The notes under the pieces: generated by a model
Told to the model about the DNA's origin: nothing
The model's input: only the letters and a program-made list of their open reading frames with translations
Databases searched by the model: none
Program-made: the position numbers and the translations under genes
Shown here: positions 46,545-59,966 of the stretch, piece after piece
How positions within the stretch are numbered: the first letter of the stretch is position 1
Layout: each line of letters opens with the position of its first letter
NCBI GenBank assembly: GCA_028826165.1
Contig: JAPDFW010000125.1
Coordinates: forward strand, 186,001 to 250,000
DNA: 64,000 bases
Reading direction: 5' to 3'
DNA from: Anaeramoeba ignava BMAN
Lineage: Eukaryota; Protista; Anaeramoebae

Positions 46545-49500
46545 TTAATTGATTAAAGAATTTAATAATTTTGTTAAAGCAATTTGTAAAGATTCATCTT
46601 CTTTTGGTTGAATTTCTTCTTTTTTAAAAAATAGCATTCTATATTCTTTTGGATATTCATCTTTATTCTCTTCTTTATGAAATCTATTAAAACTTCTTTC
46701 AAGAAAATTATCAACTTCATTTGGAAGAAGAAGAAATGTAAATGATTTTTGTTGAAATTCTGTTGCATTTATAACTAGAAAATGAAATAATTCTTCAGAT
46801 TGAAATACAATATCTTTGTTCATCCAAAAATTTAAAAATCTAATACAATCAATAATATCTTCATATTCTTTTTTTGTCCAAATAAAATTATAACTTTCAA
46901 TGAAATGTGGTAATATTTTAAGTATTGATATTTTTAATGATGTATTTTTTGGATCTGTATATTTTAATAAAGTCATAAAACAATCTAAAATGAATGAAAA
47001 ATTTAAATTTCCTGGAAATCGTTTTAATATAACTTGAAAAACAGATTTAATGAATTCAATCTCTAAGTTTTCTTTTTGATTTTCATTTTCTTTTTGATTT
47101 TCATTTTGATTTTGATTTTCTTTTTCATTTTGATTTTGATTTTGATTTTGATTTTGATTTTGATTTTGATTTTCTTTTTCATTTTGGTTTTGATTTTGAT
47201 TTTGATTTTCTTTTTCTTTTTGATTTTGATTTTGATTTTGATTTTGATTTTGATTTTGATTTTGATTTTGATTTTCTTTTTCATTTTGATTTTGATTTTG
47301 ATTTTCTTTTTGATTTTGATTTTGATTTTGATTTTGATTTTGATTTTGATTTTGGTTTTGATTTTCTTTTTCTTTTTGATTTTCATTTTGATTTTGATTT
47401 TGATTTTCTTCTAGATTTTGATTTGCATTTTGTAATTCTTTTTCTAATTCTTTTTGATTTTCTTTTTGATTTTGATTTGCATTTTGTAATTCTTTTTCTA
47501 ATTCTTTTAGATTTTGATTTTCTTCTAGATTTTGATTTGCATTTTGTAATTCATTTTGTAATTCGATTTTTAATTCATTTATATTTTTTAATTCATGTTT
47601 TAATCCATTTATACTTCCTAATCCCTTTTTTAATTTATTTTTATTTTCATTTTCATTTTTATTTCTATTATTTTCATTTTCATTTTCATTTTCATTTTCA
47701 TTTTCATTTTTATTTTGATTTTCTAATTCATGTTTTAATTCATTTAAATTTTCTAATTCCTGTTTTAATTCAGTTATATTTTCTAATTTATTTTTTAATT
47801 CATTTAAACTTCCTAAACCATGTTTTAATTCATTTAGATTTTCTAATTCATGTTTTAATTCAGTTAAACTTTCTAATTCATGTTTTAATTCAGTTAAATT
47901 TTCTAATTCATATTTTAATTCCTTTAGATTTTCTAATTGATTTTCATTTTCTAAATCTGTAAATTTAGCAAATACTTTCATGATATCTTGAATAAAACAA
48001 TCATCACTTTCACAAATTTCTGAAAAAGAAATTACTTTGGCTCTTGCAGAATCTTTTTGACCAGAAATATAAACAATAATACAAACTAATAAAATTATCA
48101 AAACAATCTTATTATCTTTCAAATGAGAATCTTTATAGAATCCACGAACAAAATCTTCCAAAAAATTCATTGATAAATCAACTAATGAAATATCAGTTAA
48201 TCCACGAAGCAAAACTTTAGCTATTATAAAATCAATAGGAATAATTTTTCCATTTGAATCTTTATACTCCCAAATTGATTTGGAGTTTGTAAATAATTCA
48301 TGATGCGAAATAATTTCATAATTTTCCAATTCCAATAAAGATTGTATCAAACTTAATCCCCTTTGAAAATTTTTCACAGTTGAAGAAAACAGAAGAGTTG
48401 AAGCAACTTGGAAAATAATATCCCATCCAGAAGTTTCATCTAAATCTGAAGTGTGAGAAATAACCAAATTCTCAAAAAAATTCATTAAGCAATCAAAGAC
48501 ATATATTCTGTTCATTTTCAGTGATTGAATCAAACACAAAGTTATTTTCTTGATTAAAATTAAATCAAAATGCTGATTAAGTGTAAAAAATGTGTAGAAA
48601 GAATTCACAGATATCATCTCATCTCCTGTTTTTATTGCCCATGAAAAGGCAATCTCAGCCCATTCTTCTTGTAAATTGCTTTTAAAAGGCTGAAGAATGA
48701 AAACAATTTGTTTGATCAACGAAAAGTAATTTTCAGGTAAATTATCAAGTGTGTTTTTTTCAATTTTCGATAAAGATTTTGGTGCTTCCATTCGTGATTC
48801 CTCTGCACGAATATTGATAATATTACTATTAATTGCGTCCTGTTGTTTTTCGGTTTGTTCTTCGCTTTTTGTTTTGATAATGTTTTGTATAAAATTTTCT
48901 GCTTCTTTCATCAACTCATTATTACTATCATCATGCCGCAGAACAACAGAACGAATTAAATTAGCCACAATATTACTCCCAATTTTACTTCCAGGATCTT
49001 TCACCAATGCATGATGCAAAATCAACGGCAAAAAGCTTGTGTTTCTGATCCCATTTTCAAAAATAATTTCCTCAAGAATCATAAATGCTGATTCTTCTTT
49101 TCGATCTTGTAGATTTTGTTTTTGCTGGAAAAGTAAATCGTCCTCCAAATCAATATATTTATGAAATTCCAAAATGGATTGTCCTGTTGGTATTTTGTAA
49201 TCCATTAAGTGATTCACAAGAAATCTCAAGGAATATTTGGTGTCTAATCTCGAAAGCATTAAAAATATAGCTTTCACTAAAACAATATCTTTTGCTTCCA
49301 TTTTTTGCTCAACTAGTGTGTTTAATAAGAAAGTAAAAATTGAATCTAAAATTGTTCTTTTCATTTCAATATGCTTTGCTTTTGTTTCTTGTTTTGGAAA
49401 GGTAACCAAACAACGCCAAAAAGCTTCTAATTGTTGCGATAAATGCATATCTTGGAAATATTCTTTGGATATTAGCAAAATGGAATTTAAAATTGATTGA

Positions 49501-52500
49501 ATTTTTGTTTCATTTTCATTTTTTGATTTTTCGTGATCTAAAAGAATATAAAAATTTTTAAGAAATGGCTTCAGTATTTCAATTATTGTCAATTGATATT
49601 TGATAGAACTTTTGAAATAAGCCAAATAATTTGTTGTTTCTTTCAAAATGGAAACTGATAATTCTGGTATTTTTGTTGCAATTGTATTTGCATATTTAAT
49701 AGATAAATTGTAATAAACATGATAAGAATGTATTGAAATTGAGGATAAAGAGACTAAAAACTTCTTCTCAGGAACTAAAAGAGACTCCAAATTTTTATGT
49801 GATAAACTAATCAATAACTCGTGAATTAACGCACGGATTTGCTCTTCAGGCGAACAAATATGAACAAGAACTAATAATATTATTTTATACTTGGGTATAT
49901 TTTTTGTAACAATCCATTTTTCCCAATCTTTGGTTAAATTTTGGATTATAACCTTCAAAAAAACAAGTCCTTTTGTTTTGGAAACATCGTTACCAGACAA
50001 AGACTCATATGAATATTTCAAGAAAATATCAAAATGATTATTGTTCATTTCTAAGAAAAGAGCTAATGAATCAATGATTGCTTGTTGAAGATCTGGCCCA
50101 AATTTCAATAAAGGTATCAAAAAAAGATAAAATTCTTTTTCCATTTTTGGAGATTGAAGTGGTCCTATTTTAAGTAAAAATTTAAGTGTAATGAGGGAAT
50201 TTATCATTAATTTTTTGTGTTTTCGGAAGTCTTCTTTGTTTGATATATCAATATCTGTGTCATGAAACAACATGAAAATAAAATGAATAATTGAAGAAAT
50301 ATTCTCTATTTTTTTCAAAGAAAAGATTTCTTGTTCAAATACTGATGAAGTTATTTCTTCCTTTGTATGTAGTTGAGTAATATTTAAATTTTCATTTTCA
50401 TTTAAATTTTCTTTTTCTTTTTCTTCAATTTCTTGATCTTGATCTTGATCTTGATCTTGATTTGGTCCTAATTTAGATAGTTGTTGTGTTGATGCATTCG
50501 TAAGTTTCTCAATATATGTTCTGATAATCAAAATTACTTTTGATTTTATATCAATCCCAATTTGATGGAAAGAATATTTTTCAGGATTGAACCAATTAAT
50601 AAATAAATCACCAAGAAAGTTTTTGATTATCAATGATTCATAAAAAAATAATGGAGGTAACTTTGTAATTAAATGGGAAACAGCTTCAATAACATTCGAT
50701 TTTACTTCGTTTTTTTGAATCATTTCTTCTAATCTTACAGTTCTTCTTTCTTGATCTAATTCAGATTTCTTAATGTATTGAAACAAAACCTCAATAGATG
50801 TGAAATGTAATGAAGAAATTGCCTTGACTGCCTCTTTTCTATTTTCTGAAATGGGTGATTCAATTAGATCGTATATTGCATGATAAAATCTTTCAAACAA
50901 TTGTGAATTTATATGTTTATCAAAAAGATGATATTCCACTTTTTGTTTTTCAGAAACTTTTCGCTTTCGATTATTTTGTTCTAAACTTTCTTGATATTCT
51001 TGTCTTTTCTTGTTAGTTTGAGAAGGTATTCTTAGAATTGCGCATAAATATTTGAGTTGAGAATAGTAAAATTGAGATGTGTTTGGATCAGATTTCAAAA
51101 AATAATGACAAGAGGTATTCCAACACCAAACAAAAGAATAAACAAAATCATCATAAAAATTGTTGATAAATGAGAAGAGTTTTTGTTCATCTGATGAATC
51201 AAGTATTGAAATGAATATATTTGATAAAAAAGGGAAATTCCCTCTTTTTCTTGAAATGTATGCATTTGATTTTTCCTTTCCAATTTCTGTTTCTGTTTGA
51301 ATAAATGATTCTAATTCAGAAGATGATTCTGATTCTGAGTCTGATTCAGATTCTGTTTCATATTCTGATTCCGTATCAAAATTTGTTTTTTTCAATATTT
51401 GATTTTTTTCAATTTCAATTTCGATTTTATTTTGATTTTCAATTTTATTTTGATTTTCAATTTCTATTTCAATTTGATTTTCTTTCTGATTTTCAATTTG
51501 ATTTTCTTTCTGATTTTCAATTTGATTTTGATTTTCTATTTGATTTTCAATTTTATTTTCTATTTTATTTTGATTTTCAATTTGATTTTGATTTTCAATT
51601 TGATTTTGATTTTCAATTTGATTTTCTATTTGATTTTCTATTTGATTTTCTATTTGATTTTCTAAAGATTCTAGTTTTCTAAGTTTAGAAACACTTCTTT
51701 TATGTTTTACTGCTTTTTTAAATAAAAGATCTTCTAACTCTCGAAATTCATCATAATTCAAAATTGATAATAAACCAGAAATTTCAAATCTCATCCATGG
51801 TTCAGGAAACAAAATCCAAAGGAAACAAGATCCTTGAAATCTAATTCTTAAAGAAATCCATTCAAGTAATGTGATACTTGGTTGAGAATTACTTTTCTTA
51901 TTTTTCAAACTATTATGGAAAGTTGTCAATACAATTCGAACCAACTGAAAGAATTTTAAAAGAGTAGAAAAATTATCTTGTTGTTTGTTGTTTGCCTCGA
52001 CAAAAAACTGTAAATTCTCAAGCATAGAAAGAATCAGATTGAAAATGATCAGGAAATTCTTCTCGTTCGTATTCTCGTCTTCAATAATATAATTTTGCAA
52101 TGTTGCAATAGCTTGATTTGAAATTTCTCGGTTTGAATGCAAAGAAAAAGCAACTAAGTTCTTGACAATTTGATCTTGAATTACTGGATCAGATGAAGTT
52201 ACTGTTGGGAAAGTTGTCAAACTCATTGAAAGGAATGATTCATTAACAGATGAAATGAACTGTAATAGTCTCACAGTTCCTGATCTTTTGGTTCTTCCAC
52301 GAATGGGATGAGGATGTTGTTTAGTTACTTCTTCATTTTTGGAATTTGATTGATTATTTTCAGAATTTGAAAAAATAGATGGAAGATCAGAAATAAATTC
52401 AGATGGATATAACAAATATCTTTCAACAAAAGGAAATAAAGTTTGACTATATTTTTTCAATTCATTTTTGGATTTGGCTCGAAGAAATCCTATTGCTTGA

Positions 52501-54321
52501 ATAATTGCAATTTTAAAATCTGGTCTTAGATCGTGTATTGATAAATATTCTTTCATAATTTGAATACAAAACTCCATATTTTTTAAACCAATTTCAGTAA
52601 AAATATTCGAAATATCCCGAATTTCTAAAACACTAATAGATTGAACTTTTTTAGATGGATTTTGGAATAATATTGTGATATATCCTTTTAAAATGTTTAT
52701 AAATTCATTCATATTTTCCTTTGATGATATGAATTTTTGGTCAAGTTTTGAAATGAGAACAATAAAAGATTGAAGAGATTTTGTACGTATACTTTCATTT
52801 TTCTTGATAATATTTGTGGCTAATAAGAAAATCTCTTTAACTTTGCTTATAAAATCAGCAGAAAATTGAATAAATTGAGGATTCTTTACATCTGAAAAAT
52901 TTTCCTTTTCTTTTTCTTTTTCTTTTTCTTTTTCTTTTTCTTCTAAATTTTCTTTTTCTTTTTCTTCTAGTTTTTCTTTAGGAATCTTTTTATTTTTTTT
53001 CGTTGGATATTTTTGGAATTCTTGGCAATTAAAATTTTGTTTTAGTAATAAAAATTCAACTAAACTTTGAAAACAAAGCAAAAAATGTTTTGGTTTTCGA
53101 ATCCATGTTAAAAAAATTTGATAAAAATTCTCATGATTTTCACAGATTTTGTTGAATAATTTTGGGTTATTTAAAGCAAGATTTTGTAATCTTTCTCTCA
53201 TAATTGCCTGATTTTCTCCATTTGGGATTATTTTTTGATAAATTGATGTGATTGTATTTCCTGAGTTTAATCGATGAATTCCTCTTTCAATTTTTTTCAT
53301 ATATACATAATAAAAATCCATAAATTTAATTGTAGATTGAGCTCTTTCAAAAGTTTCAATTCCGAAATGTAAAGTACTGAATATTCTTTCATAAGTAACA
53401 ATTTCTCTTGAAGGTTTTAATTTTGTAGCTTTTTTAAATAAATGGAGAATAAAATCCAAATGTTTTTCATAAATTGAAAGGATTGATAAACATTTTGAAG
53501 CCATATAACGAACAGCTATTTTGAAATTTTTAATTAAATTTTTAAATTTTTAAATTTTTAAATTGAATTTTAAATTGAATTTTAAAATTTTACCTGTTGT
53601 ATAAACATAATCCATATTTTTCAAAATAACATCTATTAATTGTTCAGGAACCGATTCAATAATTTTCATTTTATCAGTTTGGTTTATATAGGATAAGCAT
53701 TCAAATAATGTTTGTAAAACAAAAAACCGAGAAGATTCATCAAAGTAATCCTTAATTGAAAATAATAAATTAAATTAAATCAAATTAAATCAAATTAAAT
53801 CAAATTAAATTAAATCAAATCAATCAAATTTACTTCAATTGTTTCAACAGGATCTGAAGTCGAAGGAAGTGAAATTTTCTTATTGTGTTTATTCATTTTC
53901 TTTTTTTGATCCAGAATTAATGATTCAATATTTAAAATTGGAAGAATTTCAGATATAATAAAATTTAAATGAGTTAAAGAACCTCTTATTAATTTTGATT
54001 GAAGAACTTTTAATTTTTTATTTATAATTTCTTTTGTAATATTTCGATCAATCTAAATGTTTAAAATAAAATAAAAAAAGAAGAAATTTTTTTTTTTATA
54101 AAAGAATTTTAATTTAAAAAATTAATTTTTTTAAATAAAAAAAAAACACAAACATTATCAGATTTTTCTGTAATTAATGGAAATTTTAATCTTATTGTTG
54201 GTGTTAATTCATCTGATTTAAAAATGGGAATTTCTGCAATTAAACATTCTTTAATATAAAGTAATGCTCCAAATTGTGTAATTAAATCTTGATAAATTTC
54301 TTGTTGAATTGAGTTTTGCAT
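46545..54321 (-). CDS. Furry/Tao3/Mor2-like large HEAT-repeat scaffold (~2500 aa); 4 exons
   Basis: Exons 54321-54154, 54052-53834, 53750-53594, 53515-46545. Segments resembling the Furry family as recalled: ATKIPELSVSILKE, QLEAFWRCL, FLPLILHHALV, LQEEWAEIAFSWA...SFYTF. Confidence 0.65.
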
Positions 54322-54648
54322 TTGAAACAAAAACAAAAACAAAAACAAAAACAAGAATAAAAATAAAAATAAAAACAAATTTTAATTAAATTAAATTTCA
54401 AAAAAAAAATGAAAAAATGAAAAAATGAAAAAAATTAAATTTTAAATTCAAAATAAAAAGGAGAAGAGGAATTTTTATTAAAAATGAAGAATTTTCTTTT
54501 TAATATACATTAAAAAAGGATTAAAATCGAAATTGAAATAAATATTAATTTTGATTTAGAAATATTAATATTGAAATAAATATTAAAATTGAAATTGAAA
54601 TAAATATTAATATAGATTTGGAAATAAATATTAATATAGATTTGGAAA

Positions 54649-57243
54649 TTAAAAGTTTTGACTAAATTGAGGAGTTTCAAAAATAAATGATTGTGAAATT
54701 CTTAATGAATTCATTTGAGAATTGCCTGAATCAGCACATTTTTCATTAAAAAAATCAAGTTTAATTTTATTAGAAATAGCAGCATCAAAATTTGGATCAA
54801 TTACTAAAGCATTTTCTAATGCAAAATTTGCTCTAATAAAATCACCCTGTTTAATATGTAGAAGAGCAATATTATTATAAACAGGAGCATAATAAGGATC
54901 CAATTTAACGCATTTTTGATATGATTGCAAAGCTTCTTCATTTCTATTTTGTATTCTGTATAAATTGCCAAGATTGTTCCATAATTGAGGTACATGTTCA
55001 CATAGTTCAATTCCTTTAAGAAAAACCTTTTCGGCATGAGAAAAAAAATTAGTTCCTTGCGCTTGGAAATTGACACCAAGATTGCAATATAATGCTGCAA
55101 TTATACGCTTTTCAAATAGCGAGTAATTCTGAGTTAAATAATATCCATTTTTTTCTTGTTTTGATTCAATAATCAGTGATTCATATTTTTCAATTGCTTT
55201 CTGGAAAATTGTTGAGGCAGCTTCATAATTTCCTTGATTCATCCAATAGTTTCCAAGTTTATTCCAAATAAAAATACTATCTGGTTGTAATTCCAAAGCT
55301 CGATGAAGAAATTTTAAATTCAGAGGCTCTTTTTTATCATTTTTCTTGTCTTCTGATTGAATTTTGTTAATATTCTTTTTTTGTGTTTCTTTATTATTTT
55401 TAGTCTCGTTTTCGTTATTTGTATTGTCTGATATTTGTTGAGTATGATCTTGTATTCCGTCTCTTGCTTGAGAAAAATAGCTCCATAACTTATGGTAATT
55501 ATACAAAATATGATTTGGATCTGGAAAAGAGAAGAACAATTCATAATCTTGACATTTTTCAATAAAATTATTCAGTTCAATTTCTTGTTGAGTGAGTTGA
55601 ACTTTCTTCTCTTTTTTTTGTGTGAATTTGATATCTTCTTCATTGTCTTCAATATCTGTTGAAGTGATTAAATCCGTATTAGCTTCTGTAGTTTTTTCAT
55701 GTTCAGATTCAATTGAGATTTCATCTGTATCTAGATTCATTTGTTCATCGTTTTCTTGTTGTTGTTCTTGTTGTTCTTGTTGTTGTTCTTGTTGTTCTTG
55801 TTGTTCTTGTTGTTCTTGTTCTTGTTCTTGTTCTTGTTCTTGTTGTTGCTTTTCAATTTTTTTCTTCGGTGTTTTTGTATCTTTTTTAGGAGTTTTTAAA
55901 TGAGAAAGATTGAGAGCATTGGATGTTTTAGGTATTTCGTTTGAGCGCAAAAAAATTTCAATGAAAGCAATTGCGTTTTGATAATCTGAAGTAGAAAGTA
56001 AAAAGTCAATATAATTAAGAATGATTTCTGGATTGTATGAAGATGAAGAAATAGCCTTTTCAAATGCAAATTTTGCGTTGAAATTATGTCCCACTCGCTG
56101 ATAAGCACATGCCAAATTATTCCATAATTCTCCAGAAATCCAATTTAATTGAATTGCGCGTCGAAAAAAATCGACTGATTGTTGAAGTAATATTTTGTCT
56201 TTTTCATTCATAAGTATTAAAACTCCATAATTATTTAATGCCTCTTGGTGATTCCGATCAACCAATAAAATATTTTGGAATTGTTCTTTGATTTTATCAA
56301 GAGAGTGCTTATTTGAATTTGAATTTGAATTTTCTTCATCTTTGATTTTATTTGTTGAAGGTTTTTTTCTTTTCTTTGTTTTATTTCTCTTTCCTTTTGA
56401 TTTATTTTCTTTTTCAGAATTATCAATATTTTTGTTTTTCAAAAGGGATTCATTGTTTCCATCTGCAATTTTATAAGCTTGAAAGTTGTAGGGAAATAAT
56501 TTTTGAGAAATCAATATAAGATTTGAAATTGAATAATTGTTTAAAGCATCTAAATTGTTTTGAAACAGTTTATGAATAGTCTCAAAAAGATCGACAGCTC
56601 CCAAATTGCCAAGAGAAAAATTAATAAAAGCAGAAATATTCAAAATATCAACACGAGAAGGTTGAAGATGGATTGCTTCATTTAAAGCATTCATCACTTT
56701 TTTAAAAATAAATTTAACTTCTTTTTTGTAAATTTTTTCAATCAAATGAATTTCTTGTGGTTCTTGCTTTTCTTGGGAATCAGAGTCATTATTTATACTA
56801 TTTGTTTTAATAAGTTTTTCGTGAAGAATTTGTTTATATTGAGTTTTTGAGGAACGTATAATAGAAAGTGCCTCTTGGCATTTAATTTCTGCATATTTTG
56901 CAATATAGCATTCTTGCATTGATTGGTTATTAGTTGTCTTTTTATTTGGAGTTAGAAAATTACAATCTGTCATCCAAGCAATAGAGTTTGTGAATTCGTT
57001 TTGAGCTCGTTCGAATTCGTTGATTTTCATATAAAATAACCCCATTGAATAATGAAGTAAACTACATTGTGGAATGTGTTTTATTGCACTTGTCATTAAT
57101 AATTTTATGTTTTTCAGTTTTTGGATCGTCATAAAAGTGTTTTGAATCTTTTTATTTGCTTGGAAAAGAAGTGTTTCATCAAGTGTATCTGGTTCTTGAA
57201 TTAATTGAATACTATTTTGACGAGAAAGAATTGAATTTTCCAT
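54649..57243 (-). CDS. Tetratricopeptide-repeat protein
   Basis: Start MENSILSR at 57243; TPR motifs EALNNYG, LWNNLACAY, IWNKLGN, LWNNLGNLY, VYNNIA; intronless. Confidence 0.85.
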   Translation of the reverse strand: MENSILSRQNSIQLIQEPDTLDETLLFQANKKIQNTFMTIQKLKNIKLLMTSAIKHIPQCSLLHYSMGLFYMKINEFERAQNEFTNSIAWMTDCNFLTPNKKTTNNQSMQECYIAKYAEIKCQEALSIIRSSKTQYKQILHEKLIKTNSINNDSDSQEKQEPQEIHLIEKIYKKEVKFIFKKVMNALNEAIHLQPSRVDILNISAFINFSLGNLGAVDLFETIHKLFQNNLDALNNYSISNLILISQKLFPYNFQAYKIADGNNESLLKNKNIDNSEKENKSKGKRNKTKKRKKPSTNKIKDEENSNSNSNKHSLDKIKEQFQNILLVDRNHQEALNNYGVLILMNEKDKILLQQSVDFFRRAIQLNWISGELWNNLACAYQRVGHNFNAKFAFEKAISSSSYNPEIILNYIDFLLSTSDYQNAIAFIEIFLRSNEIPKTSNALNLSHLKTPKKDTKTPKKKIEKQQQEQEQEQEQEQQEQQEQQEQQQEQQEQQQENDEQMNLDTDEISIESEHEKTTEANTDLITSTDIEDNEEDIKFTQKKEKKVQLTQQEIELNNFIEKCQDYELFFSFPDPNHILYNYHKLWSYFSQARDGIQDHTQQISDNTNNENETKNNKETQKKNINKIQSEDKKNDKKEPLNLKFLHRALELQPDSIFIWNKLGNYWMNQGNYEAASTIFQKAIEKYESLIIESKQEKNGYYLTQNYSLFEKRIIAALYCNLGVNFQAQGTNFFSHAEKVFLKGIELCEHVPQLWNNLGNLYRIQNRNEEALQSYQKCVKLDPYYAPVYNNIALLHIKQGDFIRANFALENALVIDPNFDAAISNKIKLDFFNEKCADSGNSQMNSLRISQSFIFETPQFSQNF

Positions 57244-57338
57244 TTTGAATTTGAGAGAGAGAAAAAATGAATTTTGGAAAATTTTTTTTTCATTTTTTTT
57301 TTCATTTTTTTTATAAAAAAAAAACAAACAAACAAAAA

Positions 57339-59966
57339 ATGTTTCCAACAATTTCTAAATTAAATTCTTCTTCTTTTCCTTTTCTTCGTGGAATTCAATT
57401 ACTTGAAGGAATTAATGATGTTAACCAAATTAGATTTATTCCTGGGCACATTGCTTTATGTTTTGCTTCTGGAAATAAACTTTGTGTTCTTGATAATATT
57501 GAATCAAATCAAACAGAAAAATTAACAACAAATTCAAATGACGTTTTATTCTTTGTTTCAGAGTCTCCAATTATCAATTTTACGTTTTACAAGCAAGAGG
57601 AATTTGATATGGAAATTATTCCTGAAAATCAAACAAATATTTCTGTTCTTATTGACAATAATAATAATAATGGAAATTCAAATATTCAAATTGTCAAAAG
57701 AAAATTTGTTCCAAAAAATAAAAATATTGATAATTTTATTTTTCTTCTTGCTGTGACACAAGATGGCAATATTCATTTATGGAAATGGAATCAACATATT
57801 TTTTCGTGGGAAAGTTTTGGAAATCAAAATCTACTCTCAGAATCAGATCCAAATAGCTCACTCAAAACTTCTCATACTAAAATCACACAAGCACAGTTTT
57901 TAATGAATTCTCATGTTGTTTTTGTTGAAAAAAATATTTCCTCTTCAACTTACAAAATGGTTCTTCAAAAATTTAATTTAGAAAAATACAAAGCTGATAC
58001 AACTAAAAAATTTGTTATTTTTGAATCTTTGAAAAAACCCCCTCAAAAAGATATTATTGAATCTTTGATATTTTCTGATGGCAAATCAATATGGATTTCT
58101 GATGGAGAAAAACTCTCATGCATTCCTTTTGCTTTTCTTATTTTGGATTCAAACTCATCTCCTAAAATCCAAGAACTTCAATTAGATTGTTCAGATATTT
58201 TACCGAATTCCTTCATTAGAATTGAATATGATCAGTCTCAACTTCTGAACACAACAGGATTGCTTGTTTTGGATGCAAAAACTTATGAAGTTTTTTTGAT
58301 CGATATTTTTGTTGATCAAATCACTCAAAAATCTTTGATACAAAAAAAGTTGATTTGCAAATTAGCACTATCTGATTTGCACAATGAAGAAGATTTAAAA
58401 ATACAAAATGTATTTTTATTTCGAGATTATATTTCATTAGTTTTTTTCAATCTCAGATTTCATAGTTTCGAAGTGGATGTTCATAATTATCGAACAGGAA
58501 ACTTTCTATCCAAATCAGATTTCCCAAATGTAACAAGTATTCAAAATCTGAAAGAATCAGAAAAGCAAAACTTAAATTCTGAAGATCGAAGAAGTTTCAT
58601 CAATACTCAATTTAAATCTGCAGTTTCAACTGCAAATGGAGCTCTTTTATTTAATGATATATGCAATGATATTTTTATATTTTCTTTTTCTTCTGTTAAA
58701 GAACAATTCCAAACAATTTCGAATCAAATTGAAAAATCGAATCAGAATCAAAATCAAAATCAAAATCAAAATCAAAATCAAAATCAAAATTTAATTTTGG
58801 CTGAAATTTCCCAAAATTGGAATCTAAATCGATGGGAAATGAAATATTTGATTCAAGAATTGGATCGTATTGATCCAATGAAAAATCCAAATGAAAAATT
58901 GAAAATCGCTCAATTACTACTTGAAAAAATCCAGAATCCAGAACTTGTGTTTATTTTCTTATCAAGTTTACCAAATTACAATTTTCTTCAAGAAAAAATT
59001 GATAAATTTGTTAGTGAAATTTCAACCTCTCCAACAAAATTTTTTGAATATAATTCATCTTTTTACAACCAAATTGAACCGATATTGAAGGATTTTAATT
59101 CAGTTACAAATTCATTATTTTCTGAAAATTTAGAAAGTCAAAAGGAAGATATTTTGGGTTATAATGAATTTGAAAATATTTCACTGTTGGAAATGGATCA
59201 AAACGAAATAGACCTGATGATGATTGAAGATCCACAAAAACTACTCGAGAAATTTGAAAAAGAAGTGACTGAAAATGATTTTTTTGAATCAGTGAATTAT
59301 TCGATTGAAGATGAACTTTATTCTAACGAAAAAACTCAAACAAAAAAAACAACAGGATTCGGTTATGAATTTAGTTTAAATCAGAAAGAAGAAAAAACGG
59401 TGAAAAAGAATCCATTATTTTCTTATCGATGCAGATTATTATATCAATATCAACCAGAAAAACTAGTCAAATTTATCAAATCAATTATCAATTTATCAAA
59501 AAATGAAGAAACGAAGGCAAAAATTTATAATTTATCATTATTAAGTTTACCGATGTTAACGGAAAACAGTAAACCAACATCATTACAAATTAAATCGCGA
59601 GCAAAAATTCTTCATCTAGCAAATCGTATTTTTGAAGGATTTAGACTTTTTCTTCAGTTTAAAATGTGGGATTTTGCTCTTAAAGCAATTCATAATGAAA
59701 AGAAATATTCTACAAAACAAATGGGGAGTCTTTGGTTAATGCTTTTTAAAAGTGCTTTGAAATCTAAAGAAGTTAATGTCATTGTCAAAATGATTCAAGA
59801 TGCTCCTAAATCTTATAGTTCTTTTGAATTGTTTTCTATGCTTAATGAATTTATGACTCATGAATTAAAAAGTGAAAATGATGAAAAAGGCATTGAAAAT
59901 GTTGTTGTTGATTCAGAAAGTTTGATTTCAATGCAACATATTAAAGATTTATTATTAAAATTTTAA
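57339..59966 (+). CDS. Beta-propeller + alpha-solenoid protein, HPS6-like (BLOC-2 subunit candidate)
   Basis: Start MFPTISK at 57339. C-terminal motifs PLFSYRCRLLYQYQPEKL, IYNLSLLSL, MWDFAL, APKSYSSFELFSML, ISMQHIKDLL parallel the HPS6 C-terminus as recalled. Confidence 0.5.
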   Translation: MFPTISKLNSSSFPFLRGIQLLEGINDVNQIRFIPGHIALCFASGNKLCVLDNIESNQTEKLTTNSNDVLFFVSESPIINFTFYKQEEFDMEIIPENQTNISVLIDNNNNNGNSNIQIVKRKFVPKNKNIDNFIFLLAVTQDGNIHLWKWNQHIFSWESFGNQNLLSESDPNSSLKTSHTKITQAQFLMNSHVVFVEKNISSSTYKMVLQKFNLEKYKADTTKKFVIFESLKKPPQKDIIESLIFSDGKSIWISDGEKLSCIPFAFLILDSNSSPKIQELQLDCSDILPNSFIRIEYDQSQLLNTTGLLVLDAKTYEVFLIDIFVDQITQKSLIQKKLICKLALSDLHNEEDLKIQNVFLFRDYISLVFFNLRFHSFEVDVHNYRTGNFLSKSDFPNVTSIQNLKESEKQNLNSEDRRSFINTQFKSAVSTANGALLFNDICNDIFIFSFSSVKEQFQTISNQIEKSNQNQNQNQNQNQNQNQNLILAEISQNWNLNRWEMKYLIQELDRIDPMKNPNEKLKIAQLLLEKIQNPELVFIFLSSLPNYNFLQEKIDKFVSEISTSPTKFFEYNSSFYNQIEPILKDFNSVTNSLFSENLESQKEDILGYNEFENISLLEMDQNEIDLMMIEDPQKLLEKFEKEVTENDFFESVNYSIEDELYSNEKTQTKKTTGFGYEFSLNQKEEKTVKKNPLFSYRCRLLYQYQPEKLVKFIKSIINLSKNEETKAKIYNLSLLSLPMLTENSKPTSLQIKSRAKILHLANRIFEGFRLFLQFKMWDFALKAIHNEKKYSTKQMGSLWLMLFKSALKSKEVNVIVKMIQDAPKSYSSFELFSMLNEFMTHELKSENDEKGIENVVVDSESLISMQHIKDLLLKF

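Noticed and set aside
3853-57351. Overlapping N-termini of divergent ORFs in the track (3883-3915; 57267-57351)
   Set aside because: Artefacts of upstream TTG/ATG choice; the likely true starts (3852/3985 and 57243/57339) do not overlap.
6080-59966. Functional cluster of endolysosomal genes (COMMD7, GH5, V-ATPase G, AP-2 alpha, HPS6-like)
   Set aside because: Interspersed with unrelated genes and trafficking genes are numerous; enrichment cannot be shown from one window.
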